A stretch of DNA of 64,000 nucleotides from Octopus sinensis (GCF_006345805.1 NW_021833614.1:1-64000); one strand, 5' to 3'. Counted from the stretch's first letter, positions 40,301-54,597 are shown. Notes: a model not told the origin generated them from the letters alone. Numbers and translations are program-made.

Positions 40301-43300
40301 ATGGATGGATGGATGGAGGAGTGGATGGATGGAGGAGTGGATGGATGGATGGGTGAATGGATGGGTGGATGGGTGGATGGATGGATGGATGGATGGATGG
40401 ATGGATTGGTGGATGGATGGATGGATTGGTGGATGGATGGATGGATGGGTGAATGGATTGGTGGATGGATGGATGGATGGGTGGATGTATGGATGGATTG
40501 GTTGATTGATGGTTGAATGGGTGAATGGATGGTTGAATGGGAGGATGGATGGATGGATGGATGGATAGGTGGATGGATAAATTGTTGGATGGATGAATGT
40601 ATGGATGGGTGAATGGATGGATGGATGAATGGTTGAATGGTTGGATGGATGGTTGGATGGATGGATGATGTGTGGATGGATGGATGGAACGATGCGTGGA
40701 TGGATGGTTGAATGGGTGGATGGATGGATGTATGTTTGGATGGGTGGATGGATGGATAGATGGGTGGATGGGTATATGGATGGATGGATGTGTGGGTGGA
40801 TGGATGGATGGTTGAATAAGTGGATGGATGTATGGTTGAATGGGTGGTTGGTTGGATGGATGGAGGTGTGGATGGATGTATGGGTGGATGGATGGATGGA
40901 TGGGTGGAAGGACGGATGGGTGGATGGATTGGTGGATGGATGGATGGATTGCTGGATGGATGGATGGATATGTCGATGGATGGATGGGTGGATGGATGGA
41001 TTAGTGGATGGATGGATGGGATGATGGATAGATTGGTGGATGGATGGATGGATATGTGGATGGTTGAATGGGTGGATGGATGGTTGAATGGGAGGATGGA
41101 TGGATGAATGGATGGATGGGTGGATGGATGGATGGATAGTTTGTGTGGAAGGATGGATAGATGGATGAAGGGTTGAATGGGTGGACGGATGGATGGATGG
41201 GTGAATGGATGGATGGATGGATGGGTGGATGGATGGTTGAATGGGTGGACTGATGGATGGATGGATGGATGGATGGGTGGATGGATGGATGGATGGATAG
41301 GTGGATGGATGGATGGATGGGTGGATGGATGGATGAATTGATGGATGGATGGATGGGTGGATGGATGGATGGATGGATGGATTAATGGTTGAATGGGTGG
41401 ATGGATGGATTGATGAGTGGATGGATGGATGGATGGATGGATGGGTGGATGGATGGTTGAATGGGTGGATGGATGGATGGATGGCTGGATGGTTGAATGG
41501 GTGGATGGATGGAAGGATGGATGGATGGATGGATGGGTGGATGGATGGATGGATGGATGTATAGGTGGATGGATAGATAGATGGATAGGTGGATGGATGG
41601 ATGAATTGGTGGATGGATAGTTGGATGGATGGATGAATGGTTGAATGGGTGGATGGATGGGTGGATGGATGGATGGATGGGTGGATGGATGGATTGATGG
41701 ATGGGTGGACTGATGGTTGAATGGGTGGATGGATGGATGGATGGATGGTTGAATGGGTGGATATAAGGGTGGATGGATGGATGGGTGGATGGATGGATGG
41801 ATTGATGGATGGGTGGATGGATGGATGGATAGGTGGATGGATGGATGGATGGATGGGTGGGTGGGTGGATGTATGGTTGAATGGGTGGATGGATGGATGG
41901 ATGGATGGTTTTGTGGATGGATGGTTAAATGGTTGGATGGATGGATGGATGGATGGCTGGATGGATGGATGAATGGATGGATGGATGGATGGATGGATGG
42001 TTGAATGGATGGATGGATGGATATGTGGATTGATGGATGGGTGGATGGATGGATTAGTGGATGGATGGATGGATTGTTGGATGGATGGATGGATGGATGG
42101 ATGGTTGAGTGTGTGGATGGATGGGTGGATGGATGGATGTGTGGATGGATGGATGGATGGATGGATGGGTGGATGGATGGATGGATGTGTTCATGGATGG
42201 ATGGATGGATGGATGGATGGATGGATGGATGGGTGGATGGATGAATGAATAGGTGGATGGATGGATGGTTGAATCTGTGGATGGATGGGTGGATGGATGG
42301 GTGGATGTATGTTTGAATAGATGGATGGATGGTTTGGTGGATGGATAGATGGATGGTTGGATGGGTGGATGGATGGTTGAATGGACGGATGGATGGATGG
42401 ATGGGTGGACGGATGGGTGGATCTATGGATGGATGGTTGGATGGAGGGATGGATGGATGGATGGATGGATGGTTGGATGGATGGGTGAATGTATGGCTGG
42501 ATGGTTCGGTGGATGGATGGATGGATGGATGGTTGGATGGATGGATGGATGGATGGTTGAATGGGTCGATGGCTTGATGGATGGATTGATGGTTGGATGG
42601 GTGGATGGATGGATGCATGGATGGATGGTTGAATGGGTGGATGTAAGGGTGGATGGATGGATGTGTTGATGGATCAATGGATCGGTGGATGGATGGATGG
42701 CTGGATGGGTGGATGGATGAATGAATGGGTGGATGGATGGTTGATCTGTGGATGGATGGGTGGATGTATGGTTGAATAGATGGATGGATGGTTTGGTGGA
42801 TGGATGGATGGATGGATGGATGGGTGGATGGATGGTTGAATGGACGGATGGATGGATGGACGGATGGGTGGATCTATGGATGGATGGTTAGATGGAGGGA
42901 TGGATGGATGGATGGATGGATGGATGTGTGGATGAATGGGTGAATGTATGGCTGGATGCTTCGGTGGATGGATGGATGGATGGATGGTTGGATGGATGGA
43001 TGGATGGATTGTTGAATGGGTCGATGGCTTGATGGATGTATTGATGGTTGGATGGGTGGATGGATGGATGGAGGGATGGGTGGATGGGTGAATGGGTGGA
43101 TGGGTGAATGGGTGAATGGGTGGATGGATTGATGGATGGATGGGTGGATGGATGGATGGATGAGTTGTTGGTTGAATGGGTGGATGCATGGATGGATGGA
43201 TGGATGGATGGTTGAAAGATTAGTTAATTGGATGGATGGTTGAATGGGTGAATGGATGGATGGATGGATAGATGGATGGATGGATGATTGAGTGGGTGGA

Positions 43301-44041
43301 TGGATGGATCGATGGATCGATGGATCGATGGATAGATCGATGGATGGATGGTTGAATTATTGGATGGAGTGACGGATGAATTGATGGATGGTTGAATGGG
43401 TGGATGTAAGGGTGGATGGATGGATGGGTGGATGGATGGATGGATTGATTGATGGGTGGATTGATGGATGGATGGGTGGATGGATGGATGGATGGATGGG
43501 TGGTTGGTCGATGGATGGTTGAATGGGTGGATGGATGGATGGATGGGTGGATGGATGGTTAAATGTTTGGATGGATGGATGGATGGTTGGAAGGATGGTT
43601 GGAAGGATGGATGGATGGATGGATGGATGGATGGTTGAATGGATGGATGGATGGATGGATGGATGATGGATGGATATATGAATGGATGGATGGGTGGATG
43701 GATGGATTGGTGGATGGATGGATGGATGGGTGGATGGATGGATAGATGGATGGATGGTTGAGTGGGTGGATGGATGGGTGGATGGATGAATGGGTGGATG
43801 GATGGATGGATGGATGGGTGGATGGATGGATGATTGGGTTGATGGATGGATGGATCGATGGATGGATGGATGGATCGATGGATGGATGGATGGCTGTATG
43901 GGTGGTTGGATGGATGAATGGGTGGATGGATGGATGAATGGATGGTTGAATCTGTGGATGAATGGGTGGATGGATGGTTGAATAGATGGCTGGATGGTTT
44001 GGTGGATGGATGGATTGATGGATGGGTGGATGGATGGTTGA

Positions 44042-44073
<32 letters not shown>

Positions 44074-44217
44074 ACGGATGAGTGGATCTATGGATGGATG
44101 GTTGGATGGAGGGATGGATGGATGGATGGATGAATGGATGGATGGGTGGATGGATGGGTGAATGGATGCCTGGATGGTTCGGTGGATGGATGGATGGATG
44201 GATGGTTGGATGGTTGG
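34308..44217. repeat. ~9.9 kb degenerate (GGAT)n satellite array with recurrent GGTTGAATGGGT variant and higher-order block duplications
   Basis: Continuous GGAT/GGGT/GAAT tetramers, + strand almost lacking C. Rare landmarks recur at offsets of about 713, 893, 408, 455 and 2433 bp. Confidence 0.97.
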
Positions 44218-44319
44218 AAAAAAAGTTGTGTGTTTCCACGCAGGAAAATATAGAGTTTATTTTTGAAAATGCACCTGAAAACTTGTAATTGGTTTTAAAT
44301 AAATTTATCTACATACATA

Positions 44320-44480
44320 GGCGTTGAAGTTGCTGTATGGTTTGTAGCTTGCTTACGAACCACATGGTTCCGGGTTCAGTCCCGCTTCGTGGCAACTTGG
44401 GCAAGTGTCTTCTACTATAGCCTTGGACCGACGAATGCCTTGTGAGTGGATTTGGTAGACGGAAACTGAAAGAAGCCCAT

Positions 44481-44531
<51 letters not shown>

Positions 44532-44719
44532 GTGTGTGTGGTGTGTGTGTGTGTGTTTGTTTGTCCCCCAATATCGCTTGACAACCGATGCTGGTGTGTT
44601 TACGTGCCCGTAATCTAGCGGTTTGGCAAAGAGACCGATAGAATAAGTACTAGGCTTTCAAATAATATGCCCTGGGGTCGATTTGCTCGACTAAACTCTT
44701 GCACCAGCAAGTAAAAGAG
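44320..44719 (+). mobile_element. SINE family A copy nested in the foldback element
   Basis: Family A head and body, with TACATACA on both flanks (possible TSD). Confidence 0.8.
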
Positions 44720-44778
44720 TATACATACAAAACTAGTTTCAACAATTTTTTGTTTATCAAAGTTACGAATGTATTGAA

Positions 44779-45012
44779 GGAGGTGAGCTGGCAGACTCGA
44801 TAGGACGCCGGACGAAATGTTTCGCGGTATTTCGTCTAACGTTACGTTCTGAGTTCAAATTCCGCCCAGGTCGACTTTGCCTTTCATCCTTTCGGGGCCC
44901 ATTTAATAAGTTCCAGTTACGCACTGGGGTCGATATTATCGACTTAATCTGTTTGTCTGCGCTTGTTTGTCCCCTCTATGTTTATCCCCTTGTAGGTAGT
45001 AAAGAAGTAGGT
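44779..45012 (+). mobile_element. SINE family B copy nested in the foldback element
   Basis: Family B head and body interrupting the foldback arm. Confidence 0.8.
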
Positions 45013-45558
45013 ATAAACGTATTGGATTTTAAAACAAAAAATAATTAAGTTGCGATGTATAAAACATGTTTAAATGATTAAATGCCCACAACATTTTTTA
45101 AAAGCATCAAAAATGATCGGCGAAGAATATAAAAAATGTGGATTACCAAAAGTTCGGTCATAATCTGTTAAGAGAGAGAAAGTGAAAGAGAGAAAAGGGA
45201 AATTTAAACAAAAGGGGTTTTGTTACAATTTTTGTCATCTTGGGTGTGATTCTTTCCCCCGTCGTGTACAGGGATTTTCGTCTTTCTTAACTCAGTATGA
45301 GCGAACTATTGGAGATCCACATTTTTTATATTCCTCGCAGATCATTTTTGATATTATTGAATTTGTGAATGTTTAATCATTTAAACATGTTTTCTACATC
45401 GCAATTTAAAAATCAGTTGGTTTTTTATTTCGTATGTTTATACCATTAATAATAAACAAAAGATTGTTGAAACTAGTTTGGTGTGTATTTAAATCAATTT
45501 ATTTAAAAACAATTACAAGTTTTTCAAATTCAGGTGCATTTTCAGAAACAAATTCTCT

Positions 45559-45872
45559 CGCAGAGGTTAGAGCGTCGTGATTACGATCGTGAGGTTGTGA
45601 GTTCGATTCCCGGACCGGGCTGCGTGTTGTGTTCTTGAGCAAGACACTATTTCAGGTTGGTCCAGTTAACTCAGTTGTAGAAATGAGTTGCGACATCACT
45701 GGTGCCAAGCTGTATCGGCCTTTGCCCTTCCCTTGTATCATTGGTGTGGAGAGGGGAGGCTGGTATGCATGTGCGATTGCTGGCCTTCCACAAACAACCT
45801 TGCCCGGACTTGTGCCTCGGAGGGTAACTTTCTAGGGGCAATCCCATGGTCATTTATTACCGAACGGGGTCT
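45559..45872 (+). mobile_element. tRNA-derived SINE, family D (related remnants at 8420-8580 -, 20335-20625 -, 16305-16400 +)
   Basis: GGTTAGAGCG..GAGTTCGATTCCCGG head followed by GTGTTCTTGAGCAAGACACT. Confidence 0.7.
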
Positions 45873-46022
45873 TATATATATATATATATATATATAGGTA
45901 TGATGATGCAAATAGGAAAAGTAGAATTCAAAATACGAGTATATGTATATTTATATTAATACGTGTGTGTGTGTGTGTTTGTGTTTGAGTATGCATATAC
46001 ATTGATACATATGTATGTTTGC

Positions 46023-46064
<42 letters not shown>

Positions 46065-46554
46065 GTATAGATAAATATATGTACATGTATATATACATAT
46101 ATTTATATATACATATGGGAACTGGAACTTGAAGCACATACAAAGCTATAAATATACAGCATGTAAATACTGGGTGGAAAAAAATCCTTTTACATGAGAA
46201 AAATTCGATGTGGGTTCGTGTCTCGTAGGCAGCCATCGGCTACCAACAAGGTGTTTCAGCCCAATATGTACGTGCTATTATTTATAGCTTTATGTGTACT
46301 TCGAAATTCAGTTCACAAAACGAAAAAGAAAAATTAATTTTTTAACATTCTCTCAAATGTTTATAAAATCTTATAACGTCGGCAATACACATCAACACAC
46401 AAACACACACACACACTAACATATTCGCGTGTGTCGTTCGTGTATGGTCGCAGTCCAATGACTGAAACAAGAGATTAAATATTACAGTTTGTATGTATGA
46501 GTGCGTGTATCTACATATGTGCGTGTGTATTTATGTATGCATGTATATATATAT

Positions 46555-46954
46555 TGTGTGGTAAGTAGCTTGCTAACCAACCACATGGTTCCGGGTTCAG
46601 TCCCACTGCGTGGCATCTTGGACAAGTGTCTTCTGCTATAGCCCCGGGCCGACCAATGCCTTGTGAGTGGATTTGGTAGACGGAAACTGAAAGAAGCCTG
46701 TCGTATATATGTATATATATATACATATAAGTGTGTGTGTATATGTTTGTGTGTCTGTGTTTGTCCCCCTAGCATTGCTTGACAACAATGCTGGTGTGTT
46801 TACGTCCCCGTCACTTAGCGGTTCGGCAAAAGAAACCGATAGAATAAGTACTGGGCTTACAAAGAATAAGTCCCGGGGTCGATTTGCTCGAATAAAGGCG
46901 GTGCTCCAGCATGGCCGCAGTCAAATGACTGAAACAAGTAAAAGAGTAAAAGAG
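46555..46954 (+). mobile_element. SINE family A copy
   Basis: Near-identical to the other family A copies. Confidence 0.85.
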
Positions 46955-47467
46955 ATATATGTATGTATGTTTGTATGTATGTATCTATATATATATATAT
47001 ATCTGTGTGCGTGTGTGTCTGTGTGTGTGCATTGACATCTTATTGCTAATTCGTATATATATATATAAATAAAGAAACCACTTGGGGGCGGAGAATTGTA
47101 GAAAACGGGGTTTCTAATTTGCCATTTAATAATTCTGTAATGAATGTGACGGAACGCTGGCTCTTTTAGTCGCCAGCTTAGTTAGATAGAGGCCAGCCCG
47201 CCTTTTGGTTTTTGAAGGCTTCCACTGACTGAGAGATATTTCATAATTTTTTATTTTCTTCCATCATTTCTTTTATTTTTTGCTTTTGTTTGGGGTAATA
47301 TTTTAGTGTTTTTGGCTTGTTTTTAGATTATTTTTGTTTTTCCGTGTGGTGCCCAGGTTTCCGACGGAATTAGCTAAGAAACATTAACTTATCTCAACTT
47401 AATCGCATATCACGATACATATATATACATATATAGGCATATGTATATATATTTGTATGTATGCATT

Positions 47468-47502
<35 letters not shown>

Positions 47503-47575
47503 TATATATAATATATAATATATATATACATATATAAATATATAGGTACTATATGTATACATACATACAACTACA

Positions 47576-47606
<31 letters not shown>

Positions 47607-48657
47607 GTAGATAGATATGTACATATGTATGTATGTATGGATATATATATATATATATTATATATACAATATATATATATATATATGCATATGCACGTGT
47701 GCACGCATACATATATATATATATATTTGTATGTATGTATGTATGCATGTATGTATACATGCGTACATAAATACAAACAAATATATAGGCATAAATTTAC
47801 GTTGCTCGGGACATAAATTCACATTAAGTCTTGATGGAAGATTTTTAGATCACTTTCAAACAGAAAGTTTGCGCCACAGAACCAGGATTTGTCTCATGAG
47901 GGTTAGCATTAAAAGGAAATCACTTTTCAGAATAAGAATAATTAACTCTAAAATATAACTTTCTTCTAGTAAACACGTCATATATCCGCAGTACAGCATG
48001 TGGCTAAATTAAAATAATATATATAATGTTTATAAGGTAATTGATGCTTTTATTTTCAAATGGGATATTACTTTTGTAGGTGGTCCGAATATTAGTCACG
48101 CACTTTTGTAGGGTTGTAGCCTATAAAAATTTTGGCTATCATTGCTCCACAGAAGTAATATCTCTCATTTGCAACGCATTCTTGATATATTTCCCAAAAG
48201 GACAAAAATAATTTCGAAACTAATCGTTGCCTCACTTCTGTTAAGACAGGATGAAGAATGGTATAGGGAACGAAGAGCCGAAAGACATCGGCATTAACTG
48301 AAGTGCAGATGAATCCAAAAACGAAGTTTCGAAAGCAAGTGCTAATAATAGAAATAGTGACAATAGGAAATAGTTAGGCACAAGGTCACAAATTCCTTCT
48401 TTGCTTTTTTTTTTTTTAGGAGTGTGGGGAGGTGTTAGCCGATGGCATGAATCCCCCAGTACTTACTTGACTGGTATTCTATTTTGTCGATTCTGAAAAA
48501 AAGTGAATGTTAAAATTAATTTCGGCATAATTTGAACTCCGAACTATAAGACCCAGAACGAATAACGCAAACCATTCTCTACTTCTCCCCCACGTCCTAC
48601 TGGTTCTGCTAATCTACCGTACTACAGCAGGAACATCAACAGCAACATCAACAACAC

Positions 48658-48671
48658 CAATAATAATAATG

Positions 48672-48711
<40 letters not shown>

Positions 48712-48718
48712 TAATAAC

Positions 48719-48762
<44 letters not shown>

Positions 48763-48769
48763 TAATAAC

Positions 48770-48822
<53 letters not shown>

Positions 48823-48848
48823 TAATAACAATAATAATAATAATGATA
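48658..48848. repeat. (AAT)n with periodic GATAATAAC interruptions
   Basis: Direct tandem. Confidence 0.93.
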
Positions 48849-50064
48849 GCACGAGAACGGAGCGAAGTAAACGACGTGATCGTGGAATACCCAGAGCTTC
48901 TCTGCCCTAGGTGTACGGAAAACACTCGGCGAGAAATGGAAGAAAATTTGAAGAAAGAAGGGAAAAAGTAATAATAATAATAATTATAATGATGATGATA
49001 ATGATAATTTCTTTATTAAGCAATAGGGTTCACATCCGAAGCTTTCACGAGAAGTTATAAGAAACGATAATGTGTGTTGAGAAAAGAATGTTTTTTTAAT
49101 AAGAACGGAAGGGTAAAATGTCTGGAAGGGCTTTAAAAGAAGTTATGCATACATGTCAACATATGTATGTATAACACAAATATTTACAAGGAAATATGAA
49201 AGTGGTACAATAAACCAAATACTAAAAGAAAATATAATTTAAAGATATAAAACATGAAAGGTTTCCTAGCTAGCATGAATTAGGCACTCCTTAGACCATA
49301 TCTCAAACTGTGTTCGAGTGCAACCCAATGCACCAGTGAGACTTTCTTTAAGACATCTGATGTTCAAAATCACCAACATCTGGAGTGTATTTGTTTATAA
49401 TGTGTTAATTTTAATTTTACTATTAATTTATCTTTTGTATGCTATTTATAATCCGAATTTAGAAGATTTTGTGTCGTTAAAACTTCTCAATTCCGAATTT
49501 TGCCCACCAACTTTAATTTTAGAAGAATGACGAATAATGCTTTATCTTCGACCTCTTCTCCGTCTTCGCAATTTTTTTTATGGAGAGATTTCCTTGTTCT
49601 ATAGAAGCAACTATTCCTTCTTGTCTGTTTGCGATATCTTATCTTCAGATTTTTCCCCTTTTTTACTGTTTTTTGTATTTTCATCTGTAATAATTCTCTC
49701 TTTGAAACATGATGAAACCACGCTAATACAGATTTGCATTGTTAGAGGACAAGGTATTTTCTCGTTTATTCGTGTTACTGGGCCTAAAAATATTTCTATC
49801 GCTATCTCCGGAGTTTTAACTAACAGTGCTTTGGAAATTGGGTTTCGTTTTTCTTTTCATTGCTGTTGTTCTTCCTTATTTTCGTTTTTCTTGTTTTGGC
49901 TGAATCTTCAGTTCTCTCAGACGTACTTATCTCCAACGTATATTACAACTAGGCTTTATAGTCTGCACAACAAAAACAACAACAACAACAACAACAAAGC
50001 AACAACAACAACAAAACAACAACAACAACAACAACAATAATAATAATAATAACAATAATAACGG

Positions 50065-50470
50065 TTTCAAATTTTGCCACAAGTGCAGCGATTTTGAGGG
50101 AGGGAATGTGTCGATTACATCGACTCCCACTGTCCAACTGGTACTTATTTTATCGACCCGAAAGGATAAAAAGCAAAGTCGACCTCGGCAGGATTTGAAC
50201 TCAGAACATAGCGGCAAACGAAATACCTATTTCTTTGCTACCCACAAGGGGCTAAACACAGAGAGGACAAACAAGGACAGACAAACGGATTAAGTCGATT
50301 ATATCGACCCCCCTCTCCCAGTGCGTAACTGGTACTTACTTAATCGACCCCGAAATGATGAAAGGCAAAGTCGACCTCGGCGGAATTTGAACGCAGAACG
50401 TAACGGCAGACGAAATAACACCTAAGTACTTTGCCCGGCGTGCTAATGATTCTGCCAGCTCACCGCCTTA
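50065..50470 (-). mobile_element. SINE family B, dimeric copy
   Basis: Two body units, one head. Confidence 0.8.
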
Positions 50471-50477
50471 ATTATGA

Positions 50478-50479
50478 TG

Positions 50480-50525
<46 letters not shown>

Positions 50526-50561
50526 GATGAAGAAGAAGAAGAAGAAGAAGAAGAAGGAGAA

Positions 50562-50593
<32 letters not shown>

Positions 50594-50650
50594 AGAAAAA
50601 GAAGAAGAACAAGAACAAGAACAACAACAACAACAACAACAACAGCTGCA

Positions 50651-50681
<31 letters not shown>

Positions 50682-50690
50682 CAACAACAA
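50478..50690. repeat. Compound triplet microsatellite AAT-AAG-AAC-AGC-AAC
   Basis: Direct tandem. Confidence 0.95.
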
Positions 50691-51398
50691 TTAATAATAA
50701 CTAAGAATAAGCGAGTACAAAGATCTCGATTCAGTTGATAAATATACATGCTTATTCTAAGAAAGAAAAAAACAAAAACAAATTAGTATTCAGAATTTAA
50801 TACTATAGTAATTACATTGTAATGATCGTAATTAAAAGTTCAAATATAAGTAAACCGATGTCGGAGAGTTCAAAGAAATGGCGCCCAAATTTACACCTTA
50901 CCAAAAGTTGTGCTTTTTAATGAATCTGTTCTCCACTATTCATTACAGTTATTATAAAGATATTAATATTATAAAGATATAAATCATTGCAGCACGGCAG
51001 ACATGTTTTATTGCTCTTGTTATTTGTAATTAATTCTTTAATTTTAGATTTATATATCCACTTTCTTTTAAGTGAAAAGATAGACACATATAGGCGTAAA
51101 TATATGCGTATGTGTGTGCCTGTGCGTGCGTATTTATCTATTTATATATATGTATAATAATAAAGGGTAAAATTAATTAATCGATAATTAATAATTTTAC
51201 CAAGTAGTTCGGTATGTTAAAAGAACCATTCTCGGTAAACTTATACAAAAATTTTATAATTATGAGTATAATTATAATTAGGGTTCAGCAAAATTTGCTT
51301 CACCACATACCGAAGTTTAGAAATAGCAGTTAAACTACTATTCTACTGCCATAAGATATCTCCCAGACAGCAATGCTCTACAATGTCATAATTATAAA

Positions 51399-51546
<148 letters not shown>

Positions 51547-51552
51547 AGTATG

Positions 51553-51584
<32 letters not shown>

Positions 51585-51586
51585 TA

Positions 51587-52166
51587 CAGTAATATCTCAC
51601 TTTACAAGGACTTGCTTTGTGTTGGCTCGCTTTACGAAACCTCGAGTTTACGGGTTTTATTTTTCAAGCTCGAGATGCAAATTTTGAACGAAATGCGAAA
51701 GTTTCTACTACCATCACAAATGCTTCTGCGTGTTGCCGTAAAATTCATAGAGAGCGGGGGAAAAAAAGCTCCCTCTAAGCAAGCAACTTTAGACTTGTTT
51801 TTGAAAAAGAAATCTACAAGTCCGTCTACGAGTGCTTGTGGATCGGTGATCACATCTACAAGTTATGGTGTGCGCGAGTCTAGTGCCAGTGAAAGTGATT
51901 CAGAAAGGGATTATAATAATATTTTTTTCCTATTATAAATGATCTTGTCATTCTTTTTACTTTACATAAAATATTCTTTACTTTCTACTGTTATTTTATT
52001 GTCCTTTATTTATGAGTATTATAAATTTCATTAATACGATATTTTTCTGCGAATGAATTACGATCTATGACATCGCTACTATGGGAAATTATTGCTCTGC
52101 TTTACGAGTTTTCGCTTTGTGAGCAGTCTCTGGGAACGAATCAACTCGTATATCGATACATTACTG
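51587..52166 (+). mobile_element. Tigger/pogo-like non-autonomous DNA transposon
   Basis: TA|CAGTAAT...ATTACTG|TA imperfect TIRs, subterminal CTATGGGAAA..TTTACGAG block, residual [12 protein letters not shown]-terminal motif. Confidence 0.75.
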
Positions 52167-53378
52167 TATATGAATTATATATGTGCGTGTGTTTGTGTAT
52201 ATATGTATGTAGTCTGGCAGGACGTACCCAACCTCGAGAACCCTTAGCTCACTTAAGGAAAATTTGAAAGGATTGAAACCCCTATGATCGGTGTTTAGGC
52301 GTTGTTAGTTTGTCCTTGTGTGGTTTTGGTATGCGAAGTGCGTAAGCTGTTTTGCCAAGACCAGGTCACGCCAACAAAAGAGAGGAATTTGGGGTTCGGG
52401 AGATTTCAGGGGCCAGATGATGTGTTTAGGCGTTGTTAGTTTGCCCTTAGTTGTTGGCAACCGAGGGCGTAAGCTCTCTTACCTCGACAAGGTCACGCCA
52501 ACAAGAGAGAGGGACTTGGGTTTCGAGAGATTTCGTGGGGTCAGATGATAATGGACATGAGGATGTGTTGGGGGGATTGCGGGCCAGAAAGAACGCATTA
52601 ATTTTGGGGAGAGGGAAAGGAAGAGACAGAAGGTTTTGAGTGTGGACTGTGAAGAAAAAGTGATTCCAATGAGCAGGGTAAGGGGTGTGACAGGGAGGTG
52701 GGAGCGAGTAGATCAGGGTGTTGCATTGGATGATTAACGTAATTAGATGCTGTGTAGGGGAATGTGCTCACACGCTGGCATTCAGACCCCCTTCGCCACA
52801 GTCGTCTTTTTGCCGATTTCACCTCTTTTGCAAGACACAGACCATTCACACCCGTGCATACCTTTTATACTATTCATCTCTCTCTCTCTCTTTCTCTCAC
52901 CCTCTCACTCTCTCTCTTTTTCTCTCAACCTTGCCTAAGGTGATGTTAAGGCTGAGGGATGAGGAAATGGAAATCGTGGGAGGGGGTGCAATGAGGAAGT
53001 GAGCCGCTATGGTACGGGCATAATGCTCAGGTCGCCCAGATTCCAAAGTCATTGTTCGGCGGGAAATTTTCGTTATATAAAAGTTCTTGGCAGTGAAAAG
53101 GTTGGAAATCCTTGCTCCATGTGATCACTAATAATAGCAACCATATTTTCCTCAATTATCTTCCTTATGGTGAGCATCCATTAAACATATATAATATATA
53201 TTTGCATATATATATGTATACGAATAGATAGGTAGATATCCATTCACACACACACACACACACACATATGAATATGCATATACATATGCATATATATATA
53301 TTTATATAAAACATACATATATATATATTTTTTCTAGTTTCAGCTCAGAGCTGCGGCCATGTTTATGCAAACCGCCGT

Positions 53379-53416
<38 letters not shown>

Positions 53417-53439
53417 AGAACACTACACCACCACACACC

Positions 53440-53517
<78 letters not shown>

Positions 53518-53530
53518 CTATGCATATATA

Positions 53531-53703
53531 GGCGCAGGAGTGGGCTTTTGTGTAAGTAGCTTGCTAACCAACCACATGGTTGCGGGTTCAGTCCCACTGC
53601 GTGGCATCTTGGGCAAGTGTCTTCTGCTATAGCCCCGGGCCCGACCAATGCCTTGTGAGTGGATTTGGTAGACGGAAACTGAAAGAAGCCTGTCGTATAT
53701 ATG

Positions 53704-53738
<35 letters not shown>

Positions 53739-53951
53739 TTTTGTGTGTCTGTGTTGCCCCCCTAGTATCGCTTGACAACCAATGCTGGTGTGTTTTACGT
53801 CCCCGTCACTTAGCGGTTCGGCAAGAGACCGATATAATAAGTCTGGGCTTACAAGAAATAAGTCCCGGGGTCGATTTGCTCGACTAAAGCGGTGCTCCAG
53901 CATGGCCGCAGTCAATGACTGAAACAAGTAAAGAGTAAAAGAGAGTAAGAG
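53531..53951 (+). mobile_element. tRNA-derived SINE family A, full-length copy (CORE-like CTTGGGCAAG block, internal TA/TG microsatellite, AAAAGAG tail)
   Basis: A-box-like head TGG..TGTG(T)AAG, B-box GGTTCAGTCC, body repeated many times in the window. Confidence 0.85.
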
Positions 53952-54081
53952 TATACATACATTCACACACATATGTGTGTATATACATATATTCATGAAT
54001 GCACATATATATTATTCTAATTAAATATATATATATATATATACACGCACACACATATATATACACACACACAAACACACA

Positions 54082-54123
<42 letters not shown>

Positions 54124-54185
54124 ATATATATACAGACAGACATACATACGTATATATATATATACCTCACTCAGATTTATTTTTG

Positions 54186-54224
<39 letters not shown>

Positions 54225-54525
54225 CAAACACAGACATGTATGTATATATGGTAATTACAACACACACATATAGTCACGCACATGTTGCCAGTGGCTGCGA
54301 GCCTCATAACTCAGTTAAACTACAAAGACGCATGTCTATAATATGTCACCTTTCATCAGATAAAAAGGACACCTGAATGTTATTAAGTGTAACTGACGTT
54401 TTTAGTGTTTTCCAGAGGTTTTATGACCCAGTCCATAACTTATTGTAAAATAGATAGAGATATATGAGCTGCTAATAGTTATCTATGTTTACAATCTGTG
54501 TAACCAGCTATTTGTCTATCTATCC

Positions 54526-54597
<72 letters not shown>

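Larger units (their letters stand above)
44252..45558. mobile_element. Old foldback element (~280-bp arms) with two SINEs inserted in the left arm
   Basis: Blocks GAAAATGCACCTGAA, AACTAGTTTCAACAAT, GCGATGT..AAAACATGTTTAAATGATTAAA and CAAAAATGATC..ATATAAAAAATGTGGAT reappear as reverse complements in 45280-45558. Confidence 0.75.

Noticed and set aside
34308-44217. Possible CRISPR-like or telomeric array
   Set aside because: No constant repeat with unique spacers, no TTAGGG-type unit, no cas genes, and a eukaryotic context
34297-44239. Very long His-Pro-Ser-Ile ORFs (up to 1657 aa, minus) and Met-Asp-Gly-Trp ORFs (plus)
   Set aside because: (TCCA)n cycles through S-I-H-P in every frame and lacks stop codons by composition. 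Overlapping ORFs occur in several frames, and there is no unique domain or codon-phase constraint.
49537-50040. 167-aa hydrophobic ORF considered as a NUMT or membrane protein
   Set aside because: No recognisable mitochondrial motif. Hydrophobicity reflects T-rich composition, and the ORF ends in a microsatellite.
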